Counted from the stretch's first letter, positions 13,553 through 26,634 are shown. The stretch: 64,000 nucleotides of DNA from Eledone cirrhosa (GCA_964016885.1 OZ024741.1:45384001-45448000); one strand, 5' to 3'. Notes: generated by a model from the letters alone, not told the origin. Numbers and translations: made by a program.

Positions 13553-13764
13553 GAGTATCTGGGTCTGCCGATGAACTTTTCAATTTATGAACATTTACTG
13601 CTGACCATCGTATAACGTTAATGCTGCTATATTTTTACATATAACTTTGTTTTTCCAGCCTCACATTTAGTATCATTATATGTTTATGATGCTTATTGTA
13701 TTATATATGCAGGCTTTTGTGACTAATTAGGAAATTAAGTACTATCATGATGAAATATATGGTT

Positions 13765-13970
13765 TGCATTGTCAGAATTGATGGAGCTTCAGACAAAATG
13801 CCTTACTCTATTTCTTCCGGTCTTTTCTGTTCTGATCCAAACGAGCAAATCTTTGCATTTCACTGTACAAAGATCGATACAGATAAGGTACGATAGACGA
13901 ATTAGTGTCGTCGGGATTCACTAAACATATTTCTATTTATATATCTGTCTCAGTTCGAAATAATTATTGG
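13765..13970 (+). mobile_element. Degenerate tRNA-derived SINE
   Basis: Patchy similarity to the SINEs at 44496 and 45099 (ttgtcagaat... ctttgcatttca... gatcgata... aaggtac... gaaataattatt). Confidence 0.45.
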
Positions 13971-14598
13971 AAGCCCACAAGTTGAACTGTCTTAGGATTA
14001 TTAGAGTCGCTAGATCTATTATTTTAACGAATCTCTGGCAATATTTATATTTTATCTATATTTACTCCTGACTTACACTTTTTTTAAATTCATACTTATT
14101 TTATATTTATACTTTTTTAATTTATACTTTTTTAAATTTCTATTTTTTTATTATTGGAAACAGAAAATATATACAAAAAAATTATTATAAGTTTACTCAC
14201 AGTAACAGCAAAAGCAGAATTAACAGTCAACTCCTATACTAATACCACCAACATAGAGAAACAAACAACAGCTGTAAACAAATATCAAATATGTTTTCAT
14301 TTGAGTGTAAAAATAATAATTTTTCTAGAGTGAATTCGTAAGATTTCTTAATTGAGATGCATCCGAAACTATTTACATTTGGCGAACATTCAAATGTGCT
14401 CTGCCAAAATCTATTTATATATAAACACAGACACTGTCATATAAATATACATATGTCTACGTTACCGTGTTATTAAATGGTTTATTCTACTGCCACAAGG
14501 TTCTAGAAACGAATTCATTGCATATCAGCTTCAACAACCGTCTTAACGTAGCACAACTTTGACAAAACAACTCATGAATGACGTTTCTGAATACCATT

Positions 14599-14705
<107 letters not shown>

Positions 14706-15694
14706 CTAATAAACACACACACACATATATATACATACTAATAAAGTGAGATCGGGTCACGTTTATGTCTTTTTTATTGACTAGTGGGCGTAAAGAAAGA
14801 ACTCAATGTATTCTAAGAAGATTTCAGCAAATTTTATATTCTGAGAATATGCAAACTTATCAACGTAATATTTCCAGGTATGATAGTGCTGGTTCTCTTA
14901 CATAGTCGTCCATCTCTTGACACAGATCATGAGTTCTGGTGGTGTGGAGTCTTGTTTGTATTATGTAGTGTATTCTTTGTGCAGTAAAAGTTATTTCCTG
15001 TAATTCAATGAGATATTGACGAAATTCTTGTAGCAGCTTCCTCTTCACTAACTATGGGCATTTGGAGAGCATTCATTTGGATTAAGATGAATTGATTCAG
15101 TATTTTATGTGAATTATGTGTCGGAATACCCATTGTAGATGATGGATCTATCTTCAGCAGCCAGTTGGTTTTCGATTTTTCATTCGATTTTTGTGCTACA
15201 AAACTGTATACAAGTGTATTGGATGTTGTTAAAATAACCTTCATTTACCCCAAGCCTCCTGCCTATTGTAGTAAACCCACTTTCAAATTCTTATTCCATA
15301 TACTGCTACAATTTCTATAGCACAAAGTTCAATTCCAGTATGGAGTTTTTCAATTCGCAGAACTCATAGCGGCAGAAGCACCTGAATTCATGGGTCTATG
15401 GACAACATATTTACTATCATTGTGACGGACATGACTAATCTCAAAGAAGGCAAGAGAACCTGCACTGTAAGCCCATCTACTTGTTTTCTTTTAGAATAAT
15501 GCATTCGCCATTCTGTCTATTAGACTCGTAACAAGATTATCTTCCGCATATATATATATATTCTGGTATTTGTAAGTACTATTTAATAAAATGTTATTGT
15601 ATTTATCCTTATCGACTATATATATGCTGGGTCCGTCAACTCATTATATATATATATAGAGAGAGAGAGATAGATAGATAGATATATAGATAAA

Positions 15695-16231
15695 TTTCTT
15701 TATTAGCCACAGGGGCCTAAATGAAGGGGACAAATACAAATGGGGAGTTTACATACAGGTATATGAAAATAAAACTATTAATACAATAACAATTAACAAT
15801 TGAAATCCCCAATAAGTGGGAGGTGTTACACATGGGTTGTACACACCCCGAAAAAATGTACAACCCTCATCTCCAGGAGTACCAAAAGTGAGTACTCCCT
15901 TCCTCTCTTCCTCTTTTTCCTCAACCTACAGGCTTATATAGAGAGAAGGCCCAACCACTCGGGCCATCTTTGCCACATTCACCCACCTTTTATAAAATTT
16001 GCTGGGGTACATCACCTCTCTCTCCATCCTGATTCTTCTTCCAAAATGATATTTGAAAAAACGAATCAGTTGCTCGCCGGGGAGAAAGGTGTTTGACCTC
16101 AGCCCTTTTAACCTCGTCCACCATATAACCTCTTTCACCATAGTCATAACACATAGGAAAACCGCCTCTCCCTCGTTTTTGAAGGAGGGTGGCAGTTTGA
16201 TCATGACAATGGACTCGCTGGTCAACTGGAC
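15695..16231 (-). mobile_element. 5'-truncated Tx1 copy F1 (ORF2 end plus 3'UTR) in (TATC)n
   Basis: ORF 15926-16225 matches the C-terminus of copy D ORF2. It ends AATAAAGAAA then TATC repeats. Confidence 0.9.
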
Positions 16232-16262
16232 AGATAGATAGATAGATAGATAGATAGATATA
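16232..16262. repeat. (GATA)n spacer between F1 and F2
   Basis: Read directly from the sequence. Confidence 0.95.
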
Positions 16263-17662
16263 TTTCTTTATTAGCCACAGGGGCACAAAAGAAGGGGACA
16301 AATACAAAGGGGGAAGTTTACATACAATAAAAACGTGTAAAATGTTATCACAGATGGAATTTAAAAGTTAGTCGATTTTCCCCAATAGAGGGAGACAGTT
16401 TATATGGGTAACACATACCCCCGAAAAAAATGTGCAACCCTCATCTCCAGGAGTACGAAGAGCTTGTACTCCTTTCCTCTCCTCCTCCTTTTCCTCAATC
16501 TACAGGCTGATATAGAGAGAAGGCCCATTCACTCGGGCCATTCTCGCCACTTTCACCCACCTTTCATAAAACTTGCTGGGGTACAGCACCTCTCTCTCCA
16601 TCCTGATTCTTCTTCCAAAGTGGTATTTGAAAAAAAGAATCAGTTGTTGGCCGGAGAGAAAGGTGTCTGACCTCAGCCCTTTTAACCTTGTCCACCATAC
16701 AACCTCTTTCGCCATAGCTATCACACAAAGGAAAACCGCCTCTCCTTCGTTTTTGAAGGAGGGTGGCGGTTTGATCATGACAATGGACTCGGTGGTCAAC
16801 TGGATTGGTCCCACCCGCGACAATAGTCGTTCTACATATCCCCACAGGTCAGTGACGCCCGGGCAGTGTATGAATGCGTGCGCGACGGTTTCTTCGTCTC
16901 GCACGCACCTCGGACAGATCTTTTTTGCAGGGTCCCTGCCCGGGCGCCCATGTCTGTAGAGCTTGTCTCGAACTGGTAGAGCTCCTCGGTAGCACTGCCA
17001 GGCCAGGGACTTTTGGAAGTTGTCCATCGGTCCCGGGCGGAAGGTCCTACCGAACAGACTGGCCAGTTCATCTTCCTCCACGCCTAGAGTTTCACCGAGC
17101 GCGTCGTCGCACTTGCTGCGGACCAACCCTCTATAGAATGACGAAGTGGAGTCTCCACTGATCGCCGGGTCCGCCTGCCAGAGGGCTGTGAGCGCCTGAG
17201 CACATTCGATGTGCCAGTCGCCCATTTTCCTCGGTCTCTGCTTGACCCAGGACTGCAGCTCGGTCAGTGAGACGAGTCGTGGGAAGGCTCGCCTCACGAA
17301 CGGGGCCCACACCGGTTGTCCGGTGAGGAATACGTAGAGATGCCGCAGCCTGAGCGCGTGTTTGCGCATCGTCAACCACGGCATCCCCAGCCCTCCGTTA
17401 GAAGGGTGTTGGCAGCAGATGGATCTTCTTACCAAAGGAGCCCGCCTCTTCCAAAGGAATCGGAAGAGGGCGCGCTCCATTTTGGCGAGCGTTTTGGCTG
17501 GACAAGGCACGACGGTCAAGCGGTAGTAGATGGCGGACGCTATAAAAGTGTTCGCCACCTCCGCTCGACCTTTCAAGGATAGTTTGCACTCGGCCCACTT
17601 CTGGGTGAGTGCAAACACCTTGGCCATCACTTCGTTCCAGTTCTTCTCCACCTGGAGGTCCG
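16263..17662 (-). mobile_element. 5'-truncated Tx1 copy F2 in (TATC)n
   Basis: Open ORF2 C-terminal part from PDLQVEKNW to SLYISL, including CPRC-x8-H-x4-C. Confidence 0.92.

Positions 17663-17718
<56 letters not shown>
17663..17718. repeat. (GATA)n spacer between F2 and F3
   Basis: Read directly from the sequence. Confidence 0.95.
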
Positions 17719-17719
<1 letters not shown>

Positions 17720-19093
17720 CTTTCTTTTTATTTGCCACCAGGGCATCAAAAGTGGGACAAGTAAAAAGAGGAGAGTTTACATGCAAAGGCGTCCTCAATA
17801 TGGAGGAGGCAATAACAAGATATAAAAGTATAAAAATAAAATAAAATATAACAATAAATTTTATAACAAAATCCTCAATAGGGAGGAGGCGCCTTGGGGG
17901 GGTCGCACACACCCCCGAAAAAAGTGTGCAACTCTTCTCCTCAGGAGCACAGGGAGGGGGTGCTCCTTTGGTCTTTCATATTCCTCACCTATAGTCTGAT
18001 GTAGAGTGAAGGCCCATTCACACGGGCCATTCTCGCCACTTTCACCCATCTTTCATAAAAACGGCTGGGGTGCAGTACCTCTCTCTCCATCCTGATCCTT
18101 CTTCCGAAATGATATCGGAAGAAACGGACCAGTTGTTGGCCAGAGAGAAAGGTGTCTGACCTCAGTCCTTTCAGACGCGTCCACCATACAACCTCTTTCG
18201 CCATGGCTATTACGCACAGAAACACCGCCTATCCTTCGTTTTTGAAGAGGGGAGGCGGCTTGATCGTTACAATAGACTCGGTGGTCAACCGGATCGGTCC
18301 CAGCCTTGACAGCAGTTGTTCGACATAGGCCCACAGATCGGCAATGCCCGAGCAGTGTACCAATGCGTGTGCAACGGTTTCCTCGTCGCACACGCATCTG
18401 GGAGAGATCTTTTTCGAGGGGTCCCTACTCGGGCGCCCGTGTCTGTAGAGCTTTTCTCGAACGGGCAGAGCCCCTCGGTAGCACTGCCAGGCCAGGGACC
18501 TCAGGAAGTTATCCATGGGTCCCAGGCTGAATGTCCTACCGAACAGGTTGGCCAGTTCGTCTTCCTCCATGCCTAGGGCTTCTTCGAAGGCGTCGTCGCA
18601 CCTGCTAACCACCAACGCTCTATAGAATGACGAGGTGAATTCTCCACTGACAGCCGGTTCCGCCTGCCAGAGAGCCGTGAGCGCCTGGGCACACTCGGTG
18701 TGCCAGGCGCCCAGTTTTCTCGGCTTTTGCTTGACCCATGATTGCAGCTCGGTGAGTGAGACGAGTCTGGGAAAGGCTCGCCTCACAAACGGGGCCCACA
18801 CCGGTTGACCGGTGAGGAATACCTGGAGGTGCCGTAGCCTTAATGCGTGTTTACGCATCATTAGCCACGGCATCCCCAGCCCTCCTTTCGAAGGGTGTTG
18901 ACAGCAGATGGATATCCTCACCATAGGAGCCCGCTTCTTCCAGAGGAATTGGAAGAGTGCGCGTTCCATTTTGGCGAGCGTTTCCCTTGGGCAAGGCACA
19001 ACGCTCAGGCGGTAGTAGATGACGGACGCTATATAAGTGTTCGCCACCTCCGCCCGACCTTTCAGGGACAGTTTGCACTCGGCCCACTTCTGG
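17720..19093 (-). mobile_element. 5'-truncated Tx1 copy F3 in (TATC)n, same subfamily as copy D
   Basis: ORFs 18229-19047 and 17989-18225 and the 3'UTR closely match D (36974-38342). Confidence 0.92.

Positions 19094-19150
<57 letters not shown>
19094..19150. repeat. (GATA)n at the 5' junction of F3
   Basis: Read directly from the sequence. Confidence 0.95.
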
Positions 19151-19151
<1 letters not shown>

Positions 19152-19554
19152 TAAAGAATGATTAATAAAACAGGTAGACATCATAGAAAGGTAATTTATT
19201 CCAAGTGTTTATAACTGTTTCATTAGTAGTTACACAGTCTAGTCATGCTATATGCAAATTGCTAGTTATTAATTTGCAGAAATTTGGTAGTTATCAATTC
19301 TTCAGAAAGAATGGCTGAATTATGTTTTTTTGTATTTCTTAAAGGGAGTAATTGGGGAAAATAGAGTAGAAAAGGAAGAGAGAAAGAAAGGCATTGTGTT
19401 GATATTATGAAGTTTGATAATATCAACACAATACCTAAGTCGTCACTTTGAGAGTAAGCAGTATAATAAAACCACTTATTGGACCCCTATCACAACATTT
19501 AGATTAAGCTATCTGTATTCTTCAAACCACTCTCCCCCATTTCTCCAACCTCTA

Positions 19555-19636
<82 letters not shown>

Positions 19637-20056
19637 TCTCCCTTTCTTTCTCTCTTCATTTTCTACTCTATCTTCCCAAATTACTCCCTTTAAGAAATAC
19701 AATGAAACCATAATTCAGCCATTCGTTCTGAAGAATTGGTGGTACGAACAGCATTTGAAAATTGAGTATCTGAAAATTAATATATACCAATTTGCATATA
19801 GCGTGACTAGGCTGTGTAACTACTAAAGAAACATTTGTAAACACTTGGAATAAATTACCTTTTTATGATGTCTACCTGTTTTATTAATCATTCTTTATCT
19901 ACAATCCGGAATATAGAAGAATCGGAAACCGAGTTTCTTTAACTGTTCTTTTGTAACTCGTTGAGTAACCCCTCACCGTACGTCGACTCCATCTAGTGTA
20001 GTAATTAACCATTACTGCATTCAGGTTGATCCTAAACATGTCTTGCATAACCTAAG
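19149..20056 (+). mobile_element. Non-coding PLE-like fold-back element: arms about 19149-19355 and 19675-19900, internal (TC)n, tail to (TA)n
   Basis: Diverged inverted arms, each carrying a hammerhead-like motif. Confidence 0.65.
19725..19842 (+). ncRNA. Type I hammerhead with a long stem II insertion (mirror copy about 19206-19309, minus strand)
   Basis: guu CUGAAGA auugguggu [about 75 nt] acuacuaaa GAAA cauuug UA aac; AATAAA at 19849. The stem II closing pair is A-A here but A-U in the mirror copy. Confidence 0.6.
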
Positions 20057-20072
20057 ATATATATATATATAT

Positions 20073-20442
20073 ATATTTATTAAAATAACAGATTAAAGTT
20101 TAAGCAAAGAATCGCTGCTTTCACCCTTAACGGGATCTTCTGAAACTAACAAAGTCAATCTGTAAACGCAGAAGTGGATATTGCAAAAAACGTTGCACGA
20201 ACCAAAGTATCGTCTTCCTGTCTTCCTCCGGTTGCAACGTTTTTTGAAATATCCATTTCTGCGTTTTCAGATTGACTTTGTTAGTTTCAGAAGATCCCGT
20301 TAAGGGTGAAAGCAGCGATTCTTTGCTTAAACTTTAATCTGTTATTTTAATAAATATTTGCTCTACGGTTCTTATATATTTGATATATATTTATCCTTAT
20401 CTAGCCCTCTTTGGATTTTAGTCTTCAGATTTATTATTATTA

Positions 20443-20445
<3 letters not shown>
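20073..20445 (+). mobile_element. Non-coding fold-back element in (TA)n: arms 20073-20197 and 20233-20357, about 88-bp tail, degenerate hammerhead at 20283-20333
   Basis: aguuu CAGAAGA uccc-guuaa-gggu GAAA gcag-cgauucu-uugc UU aaacu, with a core U-to-A change in both arms. Confidence 0.65.
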
Positions 20446-20531
<86 letters not shown>

Positions 20532-20582
20532 GAATAAGGAAAAGCGAAGTAGTTTCAGATGTTCAAGTCCTTTAATAATAAT

Positions 20583-20656
20583 GCTGTGATATATATTTCA
20601 ATGGCAACACTGGCCACACTGTTCTGTGTGCGAGTGTCGTGACATCATCAGACAGC
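20583..20656 (-). ncRNA. Type I hammerhead ribozyme near the (TA)n-abutting 3' end of a PLE remnant
   Basis: gcugu CUGAUGA [long stem II] GAAA uauaua UC acagc, with a perfect 5-bp stem I and AUUAAA downstream. Confidence 0.8.
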
Positions 20657-21778
20657 TTGTTACATAATAAGGTTATGTTTCCAAGGCAATCCAAATTGAA
20701 TCGACATGGGAACGGATGAAATGCGTGCTTTTGGGTTTATCACCCGTTCCTCTGTGAGTACCAATTCACCCCCACCGGTCTGCGCGTGCGCATGTCCGAA
20801 GGAAGTTGACCATTAGCTACCGCAGATTTCAACGAAATTCGCTTAGTCAGTTCACCCTCTCAGTCACACAATAGCCCGTACCATAGTCTACTGCTACCCA
20901 TCTCGACTGTGGTATTCAGTCGAAAGCCAGAGGGGATGGGAGAGTGTTAGTTTTTACAGGTCATAATACTACCTCTCACCTAGCGTGGACTACGTCTGAC
21001 CATCAACTCAAAGGGAAAATAAACTTAATTCTAGGTATCATGGTTTTACATTGGAAGTTAAGAGTGACAGTTGGAAATAAAAATTAAAGTCCTAAATCAA
21101 GTATCAGAAATTATAAATTAAACAATTAAAAAATTAACAGTTAGAAATTTTTTTCAAGTGAGAATTCGGATTGAGGTGAGTAAAAAAAATATAGATTGAA
21201 GTGAGTAAATAATATGGAGAGAGATGTTTAAGTAAGAAGTTCTGAGAGGGGTTCTAGTGTCACAGTTACTCTATCCACATATTGAACGACAGTGCCGTAC
21301 ATCAGAATGGAGGGCAAGCAACAGCATTCAAGGCATTAGTCAATCTGGTACACAGTCATAATTTCCATCACATGGAACAATACCAAAGAAAAACAGACAT
21401 AGAAGAAAAAAGGAAAAACACAGAGTACATATATGCAAAATGATCCATATGATTGTCAATCTGTCCATGTATAGATTGAATTGAGGGGGCTTCTGTTCAA
21501 ATGCGATTTGGTGCAGGGAAATAGGGGTTTATCTTATTTTTTGTTTCCCTGTATTTATCCTGCCGAAAGTTACTATTATGTCCGTCCAGTTTCAGGGGTT
21601 TCCATCCCCATGGTAGAGGGAATTTCCGGGGCAGCTCATGGTTGGTTCCTCTCTTCTCCACCATATCGGTTACTTCATAGAGCGCTCAACTAATTGGAGC
21701 TAAATTATTAGGGTAAACATTGATCCAATTCAATTCAAGCACTCAACGTACTTTTTCCACATAGGAGTGACGGAGTAA

Positions 21779-21839
21779 ATATTTAGTTTGGAAATGGTCA
21801 CACTACGTTTTGCTTGATTTGTGTCTTCGGCAACTCTTT

Positions 21840-21881
<42 letters not shown>

Positions 21882-21942
21882 AAAGAGTTGCCGAAGACAC
21901 AAATCAAGCAAAACGTAGTGTGACCATTTCCAAACTAAATAT
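21779..21942. repeat. Perfect inverted repeat with about 65-bp arms around a (TA)n loop
   Basis: Arms are exact reverse complements by eye. Confidence 0.92.
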
Positions 21943-21989
21943 GGGCATGACACAAATAAAATTAACTATTCTAGTAATATGTTCGTCTT

Positions 21990-22385
21990 TTTTTCTGATA
22001 AAACAAAAACGTTATATGAAGTTGATAAGGATAAATGCAATAACATCTTATTAAATAGTATTACTTACAAATGCGAGAAAGCAAATTCTTGTACTTGTAA
22101 TTGAATTAATGACGAACGTAAGCCCTTTGTTATAGAACTAAAGATGGATAAAAGAATTGAAGGCCTTGTTAAATATTATGCTTATGTCACCATAAAAGAT
22201 CATATACAGGACTTTAATAACAGGCCTAGCTGCAGATAAATTTACCAGGCTAAATCCAACATATGACTAGCCAGAACAAAGATATTACGAGAAATAAATA
22301 CACGTATTAAGAATGATACTGATCTATTACAGTGGTTTAATACTCCTTCAATGATAGGTTGGTTTAATAATATTCCAGAAAGACT
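21990..22385 (+). pseudogene. Penelope-like RT relic, not in the ORF track
   Basis: Reading through stops gives SDKTKTLY...YVTIKDHIQDFNNRPSCR*IYQAKSNI...LLQWFNTPSMIGWF, colinear with ADKTKNLY...FTLKDHKVDFISNPSVRLICPSK...LWGNTKEVIDWF at 59.8-60.2 kb. Confidence 0.8.
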
Positions 22386-23060
22386 CTGGAGTTTGCACGT
22401 AGATTTGGTCCAATCACAGACCAAGAGAGAAATCAAAATGCACGCCAGAAAGTCCCTCTTATTTGTGAACGAAACCACTTGGATTATAAAATGAAACCCA
22501 GAAAATCCTGTGATTTGATTGGACTTTTGATCAAAATTTTCAACTGCCGTTTCGACGGCTATTTCTGGACCCAGAAATAGCCATCGAAACGGCTTGAGCT
22601 CTGCCGTCGGGGTCATAACTTTTCCTATTACCCACTCTACTACCCTAAGTATTGAGTACTCTGGTTCGTTATGGTCCATCTGGTTCCTTACCACAAATCC
22701 TTAGTTTTATATATATATATATAAATACATATATAAATATATATATATATATATAATATATAAAAGAGAAAATTGAGAGTGTAAAACACTCAACTTATCA
22801 GATAGGCAGTATATGGTTAGCTCAATGTCTGAAGACAGAGCCGTAATACAATTAACAACAAAGAGCGCTTAGAACATAGGTATATCTTTAATTTCTGACA
22901 ATGTTTCGTCCACACTAAAAGTGGGACTTTTCAGAGCTTAAAGAGTAGATACAGAGTATAGAAGCATTTACAAATCCAAAACAGAAGAATATAATGTCTG
23001 GATATCATAAGGTGGGAGGAATTTAAAGTATTTTTCATGTAATAGATAAGGAATAAAGGA

Positions 23061-23370
23061 TAAAAAATAAAAAATAAAAAATAAAAAATAAAAAATAAAA
23101 AATAAAAAAATAAAAAATAAAAAATAAAAAATAGAAAATAGAAAATAAAAAATAAATAAAAAATAAAAAATAAAAAATAAAAAATAAAAAATAAAAAATA
23201 AAAAATAAAAAATAAAAAATAAAAAATAAAAAATAAAAAATAAAAAATAAAAAATAAAAAATAAAAAATAAAAAATAAAAAATAAAAAATAAAAAATAAA
23301 AAATAAAAAATAAAAAATAAAAAATAAAAAATAAAAAATAAAAAATAAAAAATAAAAAATAAAAAATAAA
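23061..23370. repeat. (AAAAAAT)n array inside the P1 terminal repeat (mirror about 38357-38605)
   Basis: Read directly from the sequence. Confidence 0.95.
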
Positions 23371-24225
23371 ATCAAGCAAAAGATAGTGAATATGAGGAAT
23401 ATACTAATACTAATAAGGATACGGATCTAAAATGTTATCACTCACAGTTGGGTAGGGTTATATTATGACCGGCAATCATGGAAGCAATGATGTGATTGGT
23501 TAACACACAGCTACGTATGCATACACTCACATAAAAGTATACGTATAAGCATGAGCACCCGCATGCACCTACACGCAAGCACCCATATGCAATACAGAAA
23601 GTATACACTAATACAAATAACATATCAAAAACGGATGGGCACATAAGCCATACTGTGACAAAATATAGCAATAACAGTAGAAACGATGATATATAACATG
23701 GAGGAGTACAGTATAAAGAAATATAATAAATTATAAAAACATATAAAAATATGGGAACATAAGGACAAATAACGGAAGGAACATACATGGTAGGAAACTC
23801 ATAAGGAGTACACCGTAATAGATGAGAAATAAACAATAAAGGAATAAGAATATAAAAAGTATAAAATGCATGGTAAAAGAATTTTTTTAAAAGAAGTTAA
23901 GAGATAAAAATAGATAAAAACTAGATAAAAAATAGATAAAAAATAAAGTAAAATATACACCATAAAAGAAGGTGTGAATAAATATGAGACTGGCAAAGGT
24001 ATAAGTTATCAAGCTATGTGCAACAAGTGATATACGTAAAATATATAAAATATATAAAAGAAACATATATATAAGGATATATATATATACACATTTATAA
24101 AAATAACTGGGGGTAAATAAGGTAATAAGGATAATATGGATGATAATGAAGGCATGTAATGATAATAGTAGTATAGGTGCTAGTTTCCTAATATTGGAAA
24201 TAATGTCAGTAAATCGAGTTAATAA

Positions 24226-24256
<31 letters not shown>

Positions 24257-24908
24257 TTTTTGTTAAATACTAATATAAAGTACTCATAATGTTTTAAGAA
24301 AATTTAGAAATTATAAGGTGACACTAATATTGATTCATGGTGATATAAGGAATATATCAGGAATACAAGAAAATTTTAGGTGTTGCAATTAGCAGCAGTC
24401 CAACAATAGAGTGTTCGAATGAGACCTTTATAAGCCGATGCGATGTCCACACTAGATGAGTGGACTATTACAATATACTGGAAACATCCTAGGTTAGACA
24501 ATCCCCAAAATTCATACTTCAAAGTTCAATCCGCAGATGTGCATTCATAAAGTTGAGTACTCAGGCAGAAATCATTGGTTGACAAGATGTATCACAAGCA
24601 GGAACATATGCTGGAAGGTTGCAGGAAAATTCTTATATAGCAGTGCGAACATCAAAGGGCAAACAATTGAGGTGCATATCAGTGAATAAAAGCAGGCAAA
24701 AGCAGATAGTTCCATACGGTTAGGTGAAGCAGGTTATTATTATGCATACCACTTAATATAAAATACTAAATACAAAATACAAGTGGCAAATTTAACACTC
24801 AACAACGTGCATAGCAAATAGCTTTCAGAGCCGATAACCTCTCAAAATTACAACACTGAGTAATGTCGCTGGCATCACAAGAATACAGGTAGGGTTAGCT
24901 CAGAGATA

Positions 24909-24971
<63 letters not shown>

Positions 24972-25893
24972 TACATACACACACACACACACATAACACC
25001 GGTCACCCAAAATTTTATGCGGATATAGTGCACAAAGTGTCTTACCCAGCTATCAAAAGTCATAAACCCGCAACAGGTGTTTTCACTGGTCACAGATAAT
25101 GTAGTTTCACAGCAACAGAGGAACAACAACCAATAAGTGTAATCAACCAGAGCAATCACGATCAAACTTAAAATTAAACCCCATGAGAATATGAGTATTC
25201 ACACGTGTAGTCACCGGATTCAAGTATAAACAAACCGTTAATAAATACGGAAGGTTATCAGGGTCAAGACGTTATTATTGGGAGAATACACACAGAGCGT
25301 CAATCTACGGAAGGCCAACTGTGTTAAAAACACAACACCAGGCAAAAACACCACAAAATCAGCATGCAAACTGTGAACCGCAGAGTAGGAGGGGAACACA
25401 TACATGTACTCCATAACTACTGCCCACGGCGAGATGGCACAGGTCAGCCCACAGTGACTGGCTAAATCACCGTCCAATATGGGCACAGGCCCATTGGTTT
25501 ACTCAGAGTCAACAAAAGTAATTTAAATAAAAGGTGAGGGGCTGGCCAAATATAATCAAATGTGCATCTTATAACGCAGTACACACTTTACATAGATGTA
25601 ATACATCACAACTCATGAGTATATAAAGGTACAAATCAACTCAATACACGTTGGGATAGACCCCCCAGTGCACAACACACACACGGTGGCTGGGCAAGTA
25701 TGGATGGGTCACATCCACTGTACCGAACAGGGGTGCTTATCAACATATACACCAACTCACATATACCCCACGATATCAAAATTCCATAATCCCATGCAGG
25801 CATACATATACACACAGATTCATACACAAACAAACAAAACAAACAATATGAGACAATTACATTAGATTACCCAACTGGAGAATTCTGAAAGTG

Positions 25894-26634
25894 TTAGCTA
25901 ATAGGCTTAAAATAAAAGAAAGAGCTTAATATCTGGTGGGGGCAAGAAGAAAATATTTCTGACTTTCTATTAAGCAGGGAGCACTTGGCGAATATAATAG
26001 AGTGGGATTCCATAAGGCAAAGGTTACATACTCTATTATGAGGAGTATAGGGATGGAATTTAGCAACTTGCCGCCAAGCGAGGGTGTACTGTGTTCGTGC
26101 ATTTTTTAAATTGTGGACGTGCACTGCCAAGGAAGTAGAATTCTTAAGTTTATTATGTCTAAATGTACACTGGTGAGAGTTGAATCTGGTTTTAAAAGAG
26201 GTGGAAGTTGATCCAATATAAGTTTTAGTGGATGCAGTAGTTACCACATCACGCGCATAAACTATGTTTCTAGTAAGGCAGAAACCATTCAGGGGGCAGC
26301 TTGAAGCCCTTCTACAGTTACAGTTTCTGGTAATGCTATTATCTAAATGATAACTAGCTTGCTGACTACGGGTATTCAAGCTATCACTGCCGACGTCAGT
26401 GCTTTCTCCTAGGCGTAAGGTGTCAAGGCCTTCCTTAATTTTCTTATTATTAGTATTGGCTAGATGAGAGGCCAGATTTTGGGTTGTAGAATACGAAAGT
26501 TTAACCACATTAATATTAAGGATAGAATGGTACTTATTACCAGGAGGGAAGTTCCTTTCCAGCATAGAGAAGAAGGCCCTAGGAATATTCGTAGCTACTT
26601 CAGAGTTAAATGGGGGGTTAAAATATGTATTCAA
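25894..26634 (-). CDS. PLE GIY-YIG endonuclease region (5'-truncated ORF)
   Basis: YFNPPF, CNC-x5-CPLNGFCL, NIVY...YIGST, FKTRF..H, CNLCLME, CPH. Confidence 0.88.
   Translation of the reverse strand: MNTYFNPPFNSEVATNIPRAFFSMLERNFPPGNKYHSILNINVVKLSYSTTQNLASHLANTNNKKIKEGLDTLRLGESTDVGSDSLNTRSQQASYHLDNSITRNCNCRRASSCPLNGFCLTRNIVYARDVVTTASTKTYIGSTSTSFKTRFNSHQCTFRHNKLKNSTSLAVHVHNLKNARTQYTLAWRQVAKFHPYTPHNRVCNLCLMESHSIIFAKCSLLNRKSEIFSSCPHQILSSFFYFKPIS

Noticed and set aside
16500-17912. 470-aa ORF with a hydrophobic N-terminus
   Set aside because: It is an accidental read-through from the F3 3'UTR across (TATC)n into truncated F2. Only the part from PDLQVEK onward is real ORF2.
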